This document shows positions 30,181 through 39,143 of a stretch of 64,000 nt of DNA, one piece after another; position 1 is the first letter of the stretch; each line of letters starts with the position of its first letter. Position numbers and translations under genes: made by a program. The DNA lies in the NCBI GenBank assembly GCA_963729605.1, contig CAVSNY010000007.1, forward strand, positions 960,001 through 1,024,000, given 5' to 3'. The notes under the pieces were generated by a model. That model made no database searches, was not told where the DNA came from, and saw only the letters and a list, made by a program, of their open reading frames with translations. Source of the stretch: an uncultured Gammaproteobacteria bacterium. GTDB lineage: Bacteria > Pseudomonadota > Gammaproteobacteria > DRLM01.

Positions 30181-31104
30181 GTGAGCCCGACTTTTTCGGT
30201 CATCATCGCCGTCTACAATGGCGCCGCGACCATCGCCCGCGCCATCGACTCGGTGCTGGCGCAGAGCCATGCTCCGCTCGAGCTGATCGTGGTGGACGAC
30301 GGCTCCGGCGATACTACGGCGGAGGTCGTGCGCGGCTACGGCGAGCGCGTCCGCTATCTGCATCAGCAGAACGCCGGCGTGTCGGCCGCGCGCAATGCCG
30401 GGGTCCGGGCCGCGCGCGGCGAGTGGCTGGCCTTTCTCGACGCGGACGATTGGTATTATCCGGATCGCCTGCGTTGGCATGCTTCATTTTTAGTCCGCGA
30501 TCCGTCGCTGGATTTTCTGACCGGCGATTTCGACTATGTGGGCGCGGACGGCGTCTTCATCCGCCGTTGCATGGAGAAAACCGAGGCGGGCCGTTTATTG
30601 TTGCGCAAGGCCGCCGGCGCCCGCGAGGTCATTATGGAGGGAGAGGACTTCGCGCCCTTCGTGGCCCAGCACTTCGGCGACACCCACACCCTGAGCCTGC
30701 CGCGCAAGACCTTCTTGGAACTGGGCGGTTATCCGGTCGGCATCGCGGTGTGCGAGGACGTGAACCTGCTGATTCGCCTCTGCGCGCGCAGCCGCCGCGC
30801 GGGGGTGATCTGCGAGCCCATGGCCGCCTATTACATCCATGACCAGAGCGCCACCCGCGGCGATCCGCTGCGGGCCCAGCGTCAGACTCTCCAGGCCTTG
30901 CTGCCGTTGGTGGATCAGTTGGCCGATCATGATGTGGTGAGGCGCGGTCTGCGCGGTGCGATACGCCATGCGCGCCTGGATCTGGCTTATACCTTGTCGC
31001 GGCAGGGGCAGCGCGGCGCGGCCTTGCAGGCGGTGTTGCCGCTGTTATTGACGGACCCGGGTCTCAGGAGCGCGCGCGACGTCTTGTCCATTGTGCGAGG
31101 ATAA
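30181..31104 (+). CDS. GT2 glycosyltransferase
   Basis: FSVIIAVYN, VVDDGS, NAGVSAARNAG, LAFLDADD, CED. Confidence 0.9.
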   Translation: MSPTFSVIIAVYNGAATIARAIDSVLAQSHAPLELIVVDDGSGDTTAEVVRGYGERVRYLHQQNAGVSAARNAGVRAARGEWLAFLDADDWYYPDRLRWHASFLVRDPSLDFLTGDFDYVGADGVFIRRCMEKTEAGRLLLRKAAGAREVIMEGEDFAPFVAQHFGDTHTLSLPRKTFLELGGYPVGIAVCEDVNLLIRLCARSRRAGVICEPMAAYYIHDQSATRGDPLRAQRQTLQALLPLVDQLADHDVVRRGLRGAIRHARLDLAYTLSRQGQRGAALQAVLPLLLTDPGLRSARDVLSIVRG

Positions 31105-31219
31105 ACCGAGGTGGGCGCTGTTATAATGCGGCGCGGCTTTTTCCGGGAACGGCGACGGCCGGACTGCGATGTCGAAGCTTGCTTGGTCGCTGCCGGTGAG
31201 GAATGAATAAATAGCGGAT

Positions 31220-31840
31220 ATGACTATGAATGTGAATATCAAAAGCGAGCGGCGGGCAAGGCGGAATCTCCGGCCCATGTTGTACATCGGCGTCTTTGCG
31301 CTGGTGGTTCAAGGCGCCTCCGCGGAAGAGGGCTTTTATCCGAATTCTCAAGAAATGGCGCTGTTGCCCCCCTATTGCAAAGAGAAGATCGAGAAGAAAG
31401 ACTTGGCGCTCAACCGCCAGTGGGAGTCCCGCCTCGGATCTGAATATTGGTTGCACCTGCATCACTATTGCGCCGGCTTGAACTTTTTAAATCGCGCCAA
31501 TCGCACCTTCGGCGATGAACCGACCAGGCGACATTATTTGAAAAACGCGGAGAGTAATATGCAATACATGCTTGACCGCTCCGAGGGTTTCTTTCTCAAA
31601 CCGGAAATCATGACCCAAATAGGCAGGGTCCAGCAGGAATTGGGCAATTCCTCGCAGGCGGCGCAGTCTTTCCAGGGGGCGATCACCTTGAAGCCCGATT
31701 ACGCCCCCGCCTACGCGGCGCTGGCGGATTTGTACAAAAAAATGGGTGATCGCGCCAAGGCGGTGGAGGTATTGACTCAAGGCATTGAGCGGTCGCCGGG
31801 TACACGTTCCTTGCTGCGGCGTTTGAAGGAACTTCAATAG
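31220..31840 (+). CDS. Exported TPR-repeat protein
   Basis: Signal-peptide-like LYIGVFALVVQGASA; LPPYC...HLHHYCAG; two C-terminal TPRs (A..F..AI.LKPDYAPAY.ALA.LY). Extended -10 element TGtTATAAT at ~31119-31127. Alternative start ATG 31277. Confidence 0.75.
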   Translation: MTMNVNIKSERRARRNLRPMLYIGVFALVVQGASAEEGFYPNSQEMALLPPYCKEKIEKKDLALNRQWESRLGSEYWLHLHHYCAGLNFLNRANRTFGDEPTRRHYLKNAESNMQYMLDRSEGFFLKPEIMTQIGRVQQELGNSSQAAQSFQGAITLKPDYAPAYAALADLYKKMGDRAKAVEVLTQGIERSPGTRSLLRRLKELQ

Positions 31841-31980
31841 AACCTATCTCAAAATTGGCATATAGGCTTCAAGCCGGTTAACCGTTTGCGCTCCATATCA
31901 GTATTTCTCGCGAAATAATCAATGTTCATAGGCGTCATAGGGGACGAATACTCTTAAAATCAATTTTGAGATAAGTTCTA
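31838..31980. mobile_element. MITE-like element 1 (TA-flanked, ~20-bp terminal inverted repeats)
   Basis: TAGAACCTATCTCAAAATTG (31838-31857) matches the reverse complement of 31961-31980 (TAGAACTTATCTCAAAATTG) at 19/20; AT-rich non-coding interior. Confidence 0.75.
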
Positions 31981-32335
31981 GAATCGATCTCAAAATCGGC
32001 TGTGAGCATATTCGGCGGGCGGGATCACCCATGACGATGGCTTATTTGCCGACGAGCGCTCCCTGTCTTGCAATCCCCGTTGCGATTTTTTACGAGAGAC
32101 TGACAACTGGGGCAAGCAATATTCGGTTAGGCACAGAAAAATTCAGAACAGATACCCTCTCCCGCGGGCGGGAGAGGGACAGGGTGAGGGGAGAGAGGGA
32201 AGCAGGATACCCCCTTGTATCGTGACGGCGGTCGTCCGGCCACCCTCACCCCTTCCCCTCTCCCGCCCGCGGGAGAGGGGGAATGACGCCTCAGTCCGGT
32301 TTGGGATTTTTGTTCCGATTTTGAGATGGGTTCTA
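31979..32335. mobile_element. MITE-like element 2, in tandem with element 1 and containing an inverted REP pair
   Basis: TAGAATCGATCTCAAAATCGG (31979-31999) matches the reverse complement of 32315-32335 (TAGAACCCATCTCAAAATCGG) at 19/21; shares the TA at 31979-31980 with element 1. Confidence 0.72.
32155..32279. repeat. Inverted pair of CCCTCTCCC-type REP palindromes (REPIN/BIME-like)
   Basis: ccctctcccgcgggcgggagagggacagggtgaggg (32155-32190) and a near-perfect reverse-complement copy (32243-32279), separated by ~50 bp. Confidence 0.8.
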
Positions 32336-32366
32336 GTCATCCGCTTCCGGCGCCGGCCGCTGTCCC

Positions 32367-34463
32367 TTAGATATGCTTGGCGGCATCCATCTTCAGCCAT
32401 TGATCGAGCAGTTCGCGCAGGCGCGCGGTTATTTCCGGGTGGTCAAGTTTGACGTCATGGCGGCACTCGGGGTCGGCGTCGAGATCATACAAGGCGTGGT
32501 AGGCGCCGCCGTCCTTCAACGGCAGACGGATGAGTTTCCATTTGCCGAGTTTGATCATGCGGTCTTTCGCCGCGATCACGAGGTCTTTGTATTGTTCCTT
32601 CAAGGCCAGGGTTCCGCTGTCCTTGTCGGGGATGTCGAGTAGCTCCAGCACGCCGGGATAACTCAGGTGATCCGGGTGGGTGCCGGGCAGGGTGGCCAGC
32701 CATTCTCCGGTCTCGAAATAACACGGCAGTTCCTGCTCTAGCGGTTCACCTTTGAGGACGGGAACCAAACTACAGCCTTGCGCCGAGTCGGGTATCGGAA
32801 GCCCGCAGAGCGAGAGCAGCGTCGGCATCAGATCAATAGTCCGCACCGCCGTCTGGCTGACGCCTTGCGCGGGCAGGCGGGGATCGTAAATCAATAAGGG
32901 AACGCGCGGGCTGCTGTCGCCCATGACGCTGTTGCCCTGTCCCCAGGTGTTGTGTTCGAACAGTTCCATGCCGTGATCGCTGTAGACCACCACGATGGTG
33001 TTGTCCGCCAGGCCGCAGCGCTGCAAATGCTGGTACACGTCGCGCACGGCATCATCGAAGCGGCGCACGCAGCTGTCGTAGAGCGCGAAGATTTGGTCCA
33101 GGTCGAACGCCTCCCGCGGCTCTTGCTGGCGGCGGATGATCTCGAAGGGATCGCTCAACTTGGACATGGCGAATTTCGAATCGCCTTTGTAGTCCGCGTC
33201 GGAGAAATAGGTGTAATAGGGATACTCCACTCCGAACGGCGGGTGGGTGGTGGCCATGAAGACGTTCAACAGGAAGGGCTGCTGTGCGCGCGCGAGACGG
33301 CTGATCTCGTCTTTGGCGGAGGCGCAGATGAATTTATTGATCGGCACGCCGCCCAGGTAATAAATCTCGGGTAACACGCGCCGGCCCAGCCGATTGTGGG
33401 TGAATAAACTCAGGAACAGCCGAATGAACCGCGGTCCCTGACGGATGAGATATTTCAAATTCCACTGGTCGGGCGGCGTCTCCAGCCGCGAGAAGCCGAA
33501 GGGGAACTTGCCGAGGTCGCTGCCCGCCCAGTCGGCGATGGCGGAAGTGGCATAACCCGCATCGCGCAGCAGCGCCGGGAAGCTGGGATCGACGAGGCGC
33601 GTCTCGCTTTCGGCGACGAAGTTGCTGCGTATTCCGTGGCGGAAGGGCCAGGTGCCGGTGAACAGGGACGCGAGGCTCGGCGCGGTGCGCGCCAACGGCG
33701 TGTAACAGCGGCTGAAGAGGGTGCCGCGGCGAGTCAAGGCGTCCAGGAAGGGTGTGGTCGGCCGCGCGTTGCCGATAGAACCGAGACGGTCGGCGCGCAA
33801 GGTGTCGCAACCTATGAGCAGGATATTGGGACGATCCTGCCGCGGGCGGGCTCGCGGGGCCGTTTTCAGGGAAGGCATGACCGCGTAGAGGTAAGGCGCG
33901 GCCAGCGCCAGCGCCAATATAGTCAAGCCAAGAAAACCGGTAGTGTCTCCCTGCGTCACGGCCTGTATCGATGAATACAACACCGGCAGCCCGATTGCGG
34001 CTATCAGTATGCCCCGCGCCCAGCGCAGGCCCGAGACCGACAGCGTGCGCCACAAAGGATAGAGGCGCGTGATGCGGTAAGGAAAGGACATCATCAGGCC
34101 GCCGGGGACATGCAGCACGTGATGGCAGAACTGCAAGGCGGTGACGGTGCCTATCCCCGCGAAGGCGGCGCCGGCCGCAACCGCCATGCTGGGCGTGTGC
34201 TGCGTGATGAGCAGATAACTCAGGTACGGCAGATTGCCGAGCAGGCCCATCCAGAGCAGGATCACGCCGCTCCATGCCGTCAAACGCAACAGGGCATAAA
34301 CCGTGTAGACCGTGTAGTGGGCTTCCACCTCGCGGCGGATCTCGGGCCCGGTGCGGGAAAAATCCACCAGCGAGCGGGCGGTGAGCGCGACGGCGCAGAG
34401 TGCCGCCGCCACGGCGCTGGCGCTGGCGCTGGTGATGAGTCCGTCGAGGAGGCTGGCGTTCAT
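32367..34463 (-). CDS. Membrane-anchored sulfatase-like (alkaline phosphatase superfamily) hydrolase/transferase
   Basis: About 5 N-terminal TM helices; NILLIGCDTLRADRLG, TP.LD.L, nucleophile loop TAPSLASLFTG, THPP, VYSDHG, PRVPLLI, IDLMPT. Confidence 0.85.
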   Translation of the reverse strand: MNASLLDGLITSASASAVAAALCAVALTARSLVDFSRTGPEIRREVEAHYTVYTVYALLRLTAWSGVILLWMGLLGNLPYLSYLLITQHTPSMAVAAGAAFAGIGTVTALQFCHHVLHVPGGLMMSFPYRITRLYPLWRTLSVSGLRWARGILIAAIGLPVLYSSIQAVTQGDTTGFLGLTILALALAAPYLYAVMPSLKTAPRARPRQDRPNILLIGCDTLRADRLGSIGNARPTTPFLDALTRRGTLFSRCYTPLARTAPSLASLFTGTWPFRHGIRSNFVAESETRLVDPSFPALLRDAGYATSAIADWAGSDLGKFPFGFSRLETPPDQWNLKYLIRQGPRFIRLFLSLFTHNRLGRRVLPEIYYLGGVPINKFICASAKDEISRLARAQQPFLLNVFMATTHPPFGVEYPYYTYFSDADYKGDSKFAMSKLSDPFEIIRRQQEPREAFDLDQIFALYDSCVRRFDDAVRDVYQHLQRCGLADNTIVVVYSDHGMELFEHNTWGQGNSVMGDSSPRVPLLIYDPRLPAQGVSQTAVRTIDLMPTLLSLCGLPIPDSAQGCSLVPVLKGEPLEQELPCYFETGEWLATLPGTHPDHLSYPGVLELLDIPDKDSGTLALKEQYKDLVIAAKDRMIKLGKWKLIRLPLKDGGAYHALYDLDADPECRHDVKLDHPEITARLRELLDQWLKMDAAKHI

Positions 34464-34467
34464 GGAG

Positions 34468-35403
34468 TCACTTCTTGTTATTGCGGGCGAGCCGGCGGAA
34501 GGCGCTCAGTTCGCCCAGGTTGGCCGCGATACGCAACAGGTAATAGCGGGTCTGCGGCCAATAGAGTGAAGTGACTAGGCGCCAGAGGTAGACGGCGAAC
34601 TTGCGCAGAATATATTTCGGCACACCCTCGATCCCGCCGCTGCGCACCAGGGCGGCGGAACGGGAACGCAGGAAGCTCTTACGAATGAGATACCCAAGCT
34701 GCAAGCGCGATTGATCCACGTAATGGTATTGCACCATGTCCGGCAGGTAACGCAGAGTCACTCCCGCCGCCCGCGCCTTGAGCAAAAAATCGCTGTCCTC
34801 GCCGCCTTGCAGATCGTGGCCGCGGGGCCCCAACTCGGTGGAAAACCCGCTGACCAGATCGAACACCCGCCGCCGCACCACGATATTGCCGCCGCTGGGC
34901 AAGGGGCCTTGCTCGTCCAGCGCTCGCGTGACAACGCCCAGGTTGTAATAAGGCATGGGTGAGGGAAAGATGCCGAACTCGCCGCGCTCATGTACCCACG
35001 TGGGCTCGCTACCGTCCCAGGCCGGATAGAGCCGGCCGCAAAAAATGTCCTGCGCCGGATAGCGGAGCAGCCCCTCGGCGACGGCCTGCAGAAAGTGTTT
35101 CTCCACGGTCTGATCGTCGTCGATGAAGGCGGCGGCGCTGGTGTGCAACTCGCGGATGGCGCGATTCAAGGCATGCGATTTCCCGGGCGCCGGTTCCGCC
35201 ACCCAGCGCAGCGGCAGCCCGCCGTTGCCCTCGCGCGCGCGTTGCGCCAGAAAATCCGCGGTGCCGTCGCGACAGGCGTTGGCCACCACGAGGATATCGA
35301 CTTGCGTGTCGCGCGGACGCAAGGCCTGTGCGAGCGAGTCCAGCGTCTCGCGCAATAAATCCACCCGGTCATGGGTGCAGATGACGACGGTGTAGGCACT
35401 CAT
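34468..35403 (-). CDS. GT2 glycosyltransferase
   Basis: VVICTHDR, VVAN, GKSHALN, FIDDD, GGEDSD; start set at 35403. Confidence 0.88.
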   Translation of the reverse strand: MSAYTVVICTHDRVDLLRETLDSLAQALRPRDTQVDILVVANACRDGTADFLAQRAREGNGGLPLRWVAEPAPGKSHALNRAIRELHTSAAAFIDDDQTVEKHFLQAVAEGLLRYPAQDIFCGRLYPAWDGSEPTWVHERGEFGIFPSPMPYYNLGVVTRALDEQGPLPSGGNIVVRRRVFDLVSGFSTELGPRGHDLQGGEDSDFLLKARAAGVTLRYLPDMVQYHYVDQSRLQLGYLIRKSFLRSRSAALVRSGGIEGVPKYILRKFAVYLWRLVTSLYWPQTRYYLLRIAANLGELSAFRRLARNNKK

Positions 35404-36389
35404 CGTGGCTGGGTGAATCGGCGCCAGTGCGTGGCGAGGCGGTTGTGCAGACGGTAGGCGCCGCGCAGCGCGAGTGGCAGCGGCCGGGCGTCGGTCGCAA
35501 GCGCGTAGCCGTGTTCGCGCAACGTTGCGCCGGTGGCGGCTTCGAAGATTCGAATTTGCCGCGGCGTCATCTCCGTACGCCATTTTTCGGCATTGTCGGC
35601 CTTGATGCCTTGCTTGAGCAGCGGCGTTTTACCGCCGTCGGTCTGGGCCTTGCGGTAGTTGAGCAAGTCGTCGCTGTATTCCTCGCCGAGAAAGGCGCAC
35701 AGCCGTCGCAAGCTGGCGGCGGGATCGGCCACCAAATCTTCGTAACGCAATTCATGGTACACATCGGCGGACAGGGCACGCCCATATTCCCGGCCGGTTT
35801 CCACATACTGCTGCCAATACTTGGCGGCGTGGTAAGTGTTGTAGACATGAAAGTCGTACTTGCGCGCGAACATGGAGAGGGCCACGTCGCGCCCGTCGCG
35901 GATCAGGTGGATCATCTGCGCGTTGGGAAACATCTCCAATATGAGTGGAATCTGCAAGACGTAATAAGGCGTCTTGTCCCCCCAGCGACGTTTGCCTTCG
36001 CCCTCCGCGTTCAAGGTGAAGAAGGCGTCGAAGAGTTGCGGTAGCGTCCGGCAGCCGGCCTCCGCCAGGCGCGCGGCGAGCATGTCCGCGTCGAACTTCA
36101 GTCCGTGCAAGTCGGTTTCGATGAATTCAGTGCTGCGGCGATGCATCTCGTGCAGTACCCGTTTGATGTTTTCCACGGCGCTTAAGTCGCCGTAGATCCC
36201 CTGCTGCCTGTACATGGGCACGAAGAAATGAGATTCGCCGGTAGGCAAGGACAAAGCCGGATGCGCCCGCAACATGTATTGCAATAGCGTCGTCCCGGAA
36301 CGCGGGGCGCCGACGATGAAGAAAGGTCCGCGGCGCGGCGCAGCGGTCGCGCGCGCGGATTCGGTGTGCTGATCGGCAGGCATAGTCAC
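35400..36389 (-). CDS. PAPS-dependent sulfotransferase family protein
   Basis: FIVGAPRSGTTLL, ESHFF, WGDKTP, IHLIRDGRDVALS, LRYEDLVADP. Confidence 0.92.
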   Translation of the reverse strand: MTMPADQHTESARATAAPRRGPFFIVGAPRSGTTLLQYMLRAHPALSLPTGESHFFVPMYRQQGIYGDLSAVENIKRVLHEMHRRSTEFIETDLHGLKFDADMLAARLAEAGCRTLPQLFDAFFTLNAEGEGKRRWGDKTPYYVLQIPLILEMFPNAQMIHLIRDGRDVALSMFARKYDFHVYNTYHAAKYWQQYVETGREYGRALSADVYHELRYEDLVADPAASLRRLCAFLGEEYSDDLLNYRKAQTDGGKTPLLKQGIKADNAEKWRTEMTPRQIRIFEAATGATLREHGYALATDARPLPLALRGAYRLHNRLATHWRRFTQPR

Positions 36390-37342
36390 GTGGCGGGTCT
36401 TTCAAGGGGAGACGGTTTCTCATCGAAAAGCCAGGCCAGTACATAGCCTGTGAAATAAGCGGCGTTCATTTCCATGCGCAACGAATGATCTGCGCCCGCG
36501 CGCACGCGCTGCTTGAGCGCCCTGTAACCTGCGCGCAGAAATTGCGCGACGAGGTATCGCGGCGGCAGGCGCGATCCCGCGCGCGTCCGTACGCCTTCGA
36601 CGCGGCCTTGCCGGTAATGCAGCTCCAAGAAATAGCCGCGGCGGAGCTTGGGTGTTTGAATGCGGTGATGGATCACGGCCTCCGGTACCCATCTTACCGA
36701 GCAGCCCGCCGCCAGCAGGCGCCGGTGGACTTCCACGTCTTCTCCTCCGATGTTGGCCGCGCCTTTGCGGCCGAGCGCGGTGTCGAACAATCCGATTTTT
36801 TCGAATACCTCGCGGCGAAATGCGAAGTTCCCACCGAAAATGGCGGTGCGTGGATCGGTGAGCCAGCGCGCTTCGCCGTGATCCAGTTTGCCGAGGAAAC
36901 CCAGCAGTTCATCTTGCAGCCACGCCGGGCGATCGCCGTCTTCGAACAGCACTTCGATGCGACCGCCCAGCGCATCGGGGTTAAACGCGACCATGGCCTG
37001 TTCATAGGCACACAGCCAATTCGGGTCCGGCGTTTCATCGTCGTCGATGAAGATCAGGTATTCACCCTGCGCCTCACGCAGTGCACGGTTACGGGCATGC
37101 GACAGTCCCAATGCCGCTTCTCTGACCACGCGTACCGGCACCCCTGGCGGCCGCCAAGCGAGATCGGCCAGCAAGTCCGGTGTTTCATCGCGGCTGGCAT
37201 TGTCCACGATGACGATTTCCCAGGGCCGGGAAGGATGCTGCAACTGCTTCAGGTCAGCCAAGGTACGCCGCAGCCGGTCGGCGTGACTGTGGGTACACAA
37301 GGCGAGTGTGAGATACGGAGTCATTGCGGCACTGGATGACAT
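36386..37342 (-). CDS. GT2 glycosyltransferase
   Basis: LALCTH, IVDNAS, GLSHARN, FIDDD, GGNFAFRR, GGED. Confidence 0.9.
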   Translation of the reverse strand: MSSSAAMTPYLTLALCTHSHADRLRRTLADLKQLQHPSRPWEIVIVDNASRDETPDLLADLAWRPPGVPVRVVREAALGLSHARNRALREAQGEYLIFIDDDETPDPNWLCAYEQAMVAFNPDALGGRIEVLFEDGDRPAWLQDELLGFLGKLDHGEARWLTDPRTAIFGGNFAFRREVFEKIGLFDTALGRKGAANIGGEDVEVHRRLLAAGCSVRWVPEAVIHHRIQTPKLRRGYFLELHYRQGRVEGVRTRAGSRLPPRYLVAQFLRAGYRALKQRVRAGADHSLRMEMNAAYFTGYVLAWLFDEKPSPLERPAT

Positions 37343-37350
37343 GAGGGCAG

Positions 37351-38151
37351 TTATCGCGGCTCGGCCGTGCGGGTGCGTTTCAGCAGCCGCCCCGCATAAT
37401 ACGCGAGGCTGTTGCCGAGACTGCCGTTGTTGCTGCCCAGCTTCACTTTGCGCGCCAGCATGGCTGGCGTGTCGGTGCCGAAGACATCAAGGCGGCGGAT
37501 GCGGAAGCGATCTTGATCGGCTCGATTGAAACCGGGTTGCACCGAGAAGGCCGCATGATAGCCGGCGTCTTGTGCCGCGCGCAGCACGCGCTCGTCGTAG
37601 CGGCCATAAGGATAGGCGAGATAGGGTACCGCCTCGCCCAACAAGGTTTCGATATCTTGTTTGGACCCCGCCAGTTCGTCCCGCAATTGCTCGTCGCTCA
37701 AGGTGGGCAGGTCGGCGTGATGACGGGAATGGGAGTGAAAGCTGAAACCCTGGCCACGCAGCGCGTGGATGTGTTCCGCGCCGAGCAGCGGATAGGTGGC
37801 GCCGCTGGGGTTCTGGGTACGGGTCCACTCGTCGCGCTGACCGATCAATCGGCTCACCAGGAATACCGTCGCCGGCCATTTAAGTTCTTGCAGCACCGGC
37901 GCGGCGTGTTCGTGGATGCCAAGAAAGCCGTCGTCGAACGTGAGCAAAAAGCTGCCGGGCGGCAATGTGCGCTGACCTTGCAGCCAGGCGATGAAGTCGT
38001 CGATGCCGACGGCGCACATGCCTTGTCTTGCCAGCATGTGCATGTGCGCGGCGAAGCGCTCCGGCGCAACGCAATACTTGTGTTCCCAGGCGTTGTGCGC
38101 CGGACCGATGCGGTGATACATCAACACCACGACACGTTGCGCGCTGTTCAT
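37351..38151 (-). CDS. Polysaccharide deacetylase (CE4, IcaB/PgaB-like)
   Basis: VLMYHRI, LTFDDG, HSHSRHH, LAYPYG, IRRLDV; start set at 38151. Confidence 0.9.
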   Translation of the reverse strand: MNSAQRVVVLMYHRIGPAHNAWEHKYCVAPERFAAHMHMLARQGMCAVGIDDFIAWLQGQRTLPPGSFLLTFDDGFLGIHEHAAPVLQELKWPATVFLVSRLIGQRDEWTRTQNPSGATYPLLGAEHIHALRGQGFSFHSHSRHHADLPTLSDEQLRDELAGSKQDIETLLGEAVPYLAYPYGRYDERVLRAAQDAGYHAAFSVQPGFNRADQDRFRIRRLDVFGTDTPAMLARKVKLGSNNGSLGNSLAYYAGRLLKRTRTAEPR

Positions 38152-39143
38152 TGGGTGGGTTCCTCGCGGCGGCGGTCGAACCAATGCACCACGCCGCGGA
38201 ACAGCGTCGCGGGCAACAGCGCCGGCAATATATATTTCAAATCCCGCCCGCGCCACGCGCCGCGCGTCGCCGCTTCCCGGAACAGCTTCTGCGCCGATAG
38301 CAGCTCACGCCGCCAATAGGCGCGGTAGGCCTCTTGCAGCAGTTTGCCTTCCACCTGTTCCTTCAGCACGGCTTTGTTCAAATGCTGGACCCGCTCGGGA
38401 TAGAGGTGGACAAAATTGCGCCGCGCCTCCATCGCATCGAGTACCTGGCGCCATTTTTTGCTCTTGGCGGAGATCTGCCCCGTACCATGCCAGCGGTAGA
38501 ACGCAAGAACCTCGGGTACCTGCACGATGTTGCGGGTGTGGCCCAGGATGCGCAGCCACAGATCGTAGTCCATCGCCGAGAAACGGCGTTCGGAGAAGCC
38601 GCCGACGGTGTCGATCACGCTGCGGCGGATCAGTGCGGCGTGAATGGGCCACGGGCAGCTGCGCAGAAATGCCAGTGTCAGGTCATCGGCTTCGTATTTG
38701 GGCGGGATGTACGGTTCGTTGCCGGGGCCACCTGCGCCGATGTTCTGCCAGCCGCAATAGGCGAGGTCGGCGGTGTGTGCCGACAGCGCCCGCTGCAGTT
38801 TTTCCAGGCAAGCACGGTCCCAGTAATCGTCCGCGTCGAGAAAGGCGACGAACTCGCCGCGGGCGTGGTGCAGACCCACGTTGCGGGCGGGGTAAGGTCC
38901 TTTGCGGTCCTGGGACAGGAGTTGTATCCGCGCGGGATGCGCGGCGGCGAGTTTTTGGAGTATGACCATGCTGCCGTCGTCGGAGCCGTCGTCCACGACG
39001 CATAGCTCCACGTGCGGATAACTTTGATCAAGTACGCTCGCCACCGCCTCTTCGAGATAAGGTGCCGCGTTGTAGCAAGGCATGATCACGGAGATCAGAC
39101 CCGGCGTCGGCGGCGGCGTGGCGTTGTTGGACGTGACATTCAT
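38148..39143 (-). CDS. GT2 glycosyltransferase
   Basis: ISVIMPCYN, VVDDGS, GPYPARN, FLDADD, MDYDLWLR; start set at 39143. Confidence 0.9.
   Translation of the reverse strand: MNVTSNNATPPPTPGLISVIMPCYNAAPYLEEAVASVLDQSYPHVELCVVDDGSDDGSMVILQKLAAAHPARIQLLSQDRKGPYPARNVGLHHARGEFVAFLDADDYWDRACLEKLQRALSAHTADLAYCGWQNIGAGGPGNEPYIPPKYEADDLTLAFLRSCPWPIHAALIRRSVIDTVGGFSERRFSAMDYDLWLRILGHTRNIVQVPEVLAFYRWHGTGQISAKSKKWRQVLDAMEARRNFVHLYPERVQHLNKAVLKEQVEGKLLQEAYRAYWRRELLSAQKLFREAATRGAWRGRDLKYILPALLPATLFRGVVHWFDRRREEPTQ

Noticed and set aside
31838-32336. Repeated ATCTCAAAAT units as a CRISPR array or integron cassette
   Set aside because: Repeats alternate in orientation with irregular spacing, and no cas or intI gene is present; better explained as TIRs.
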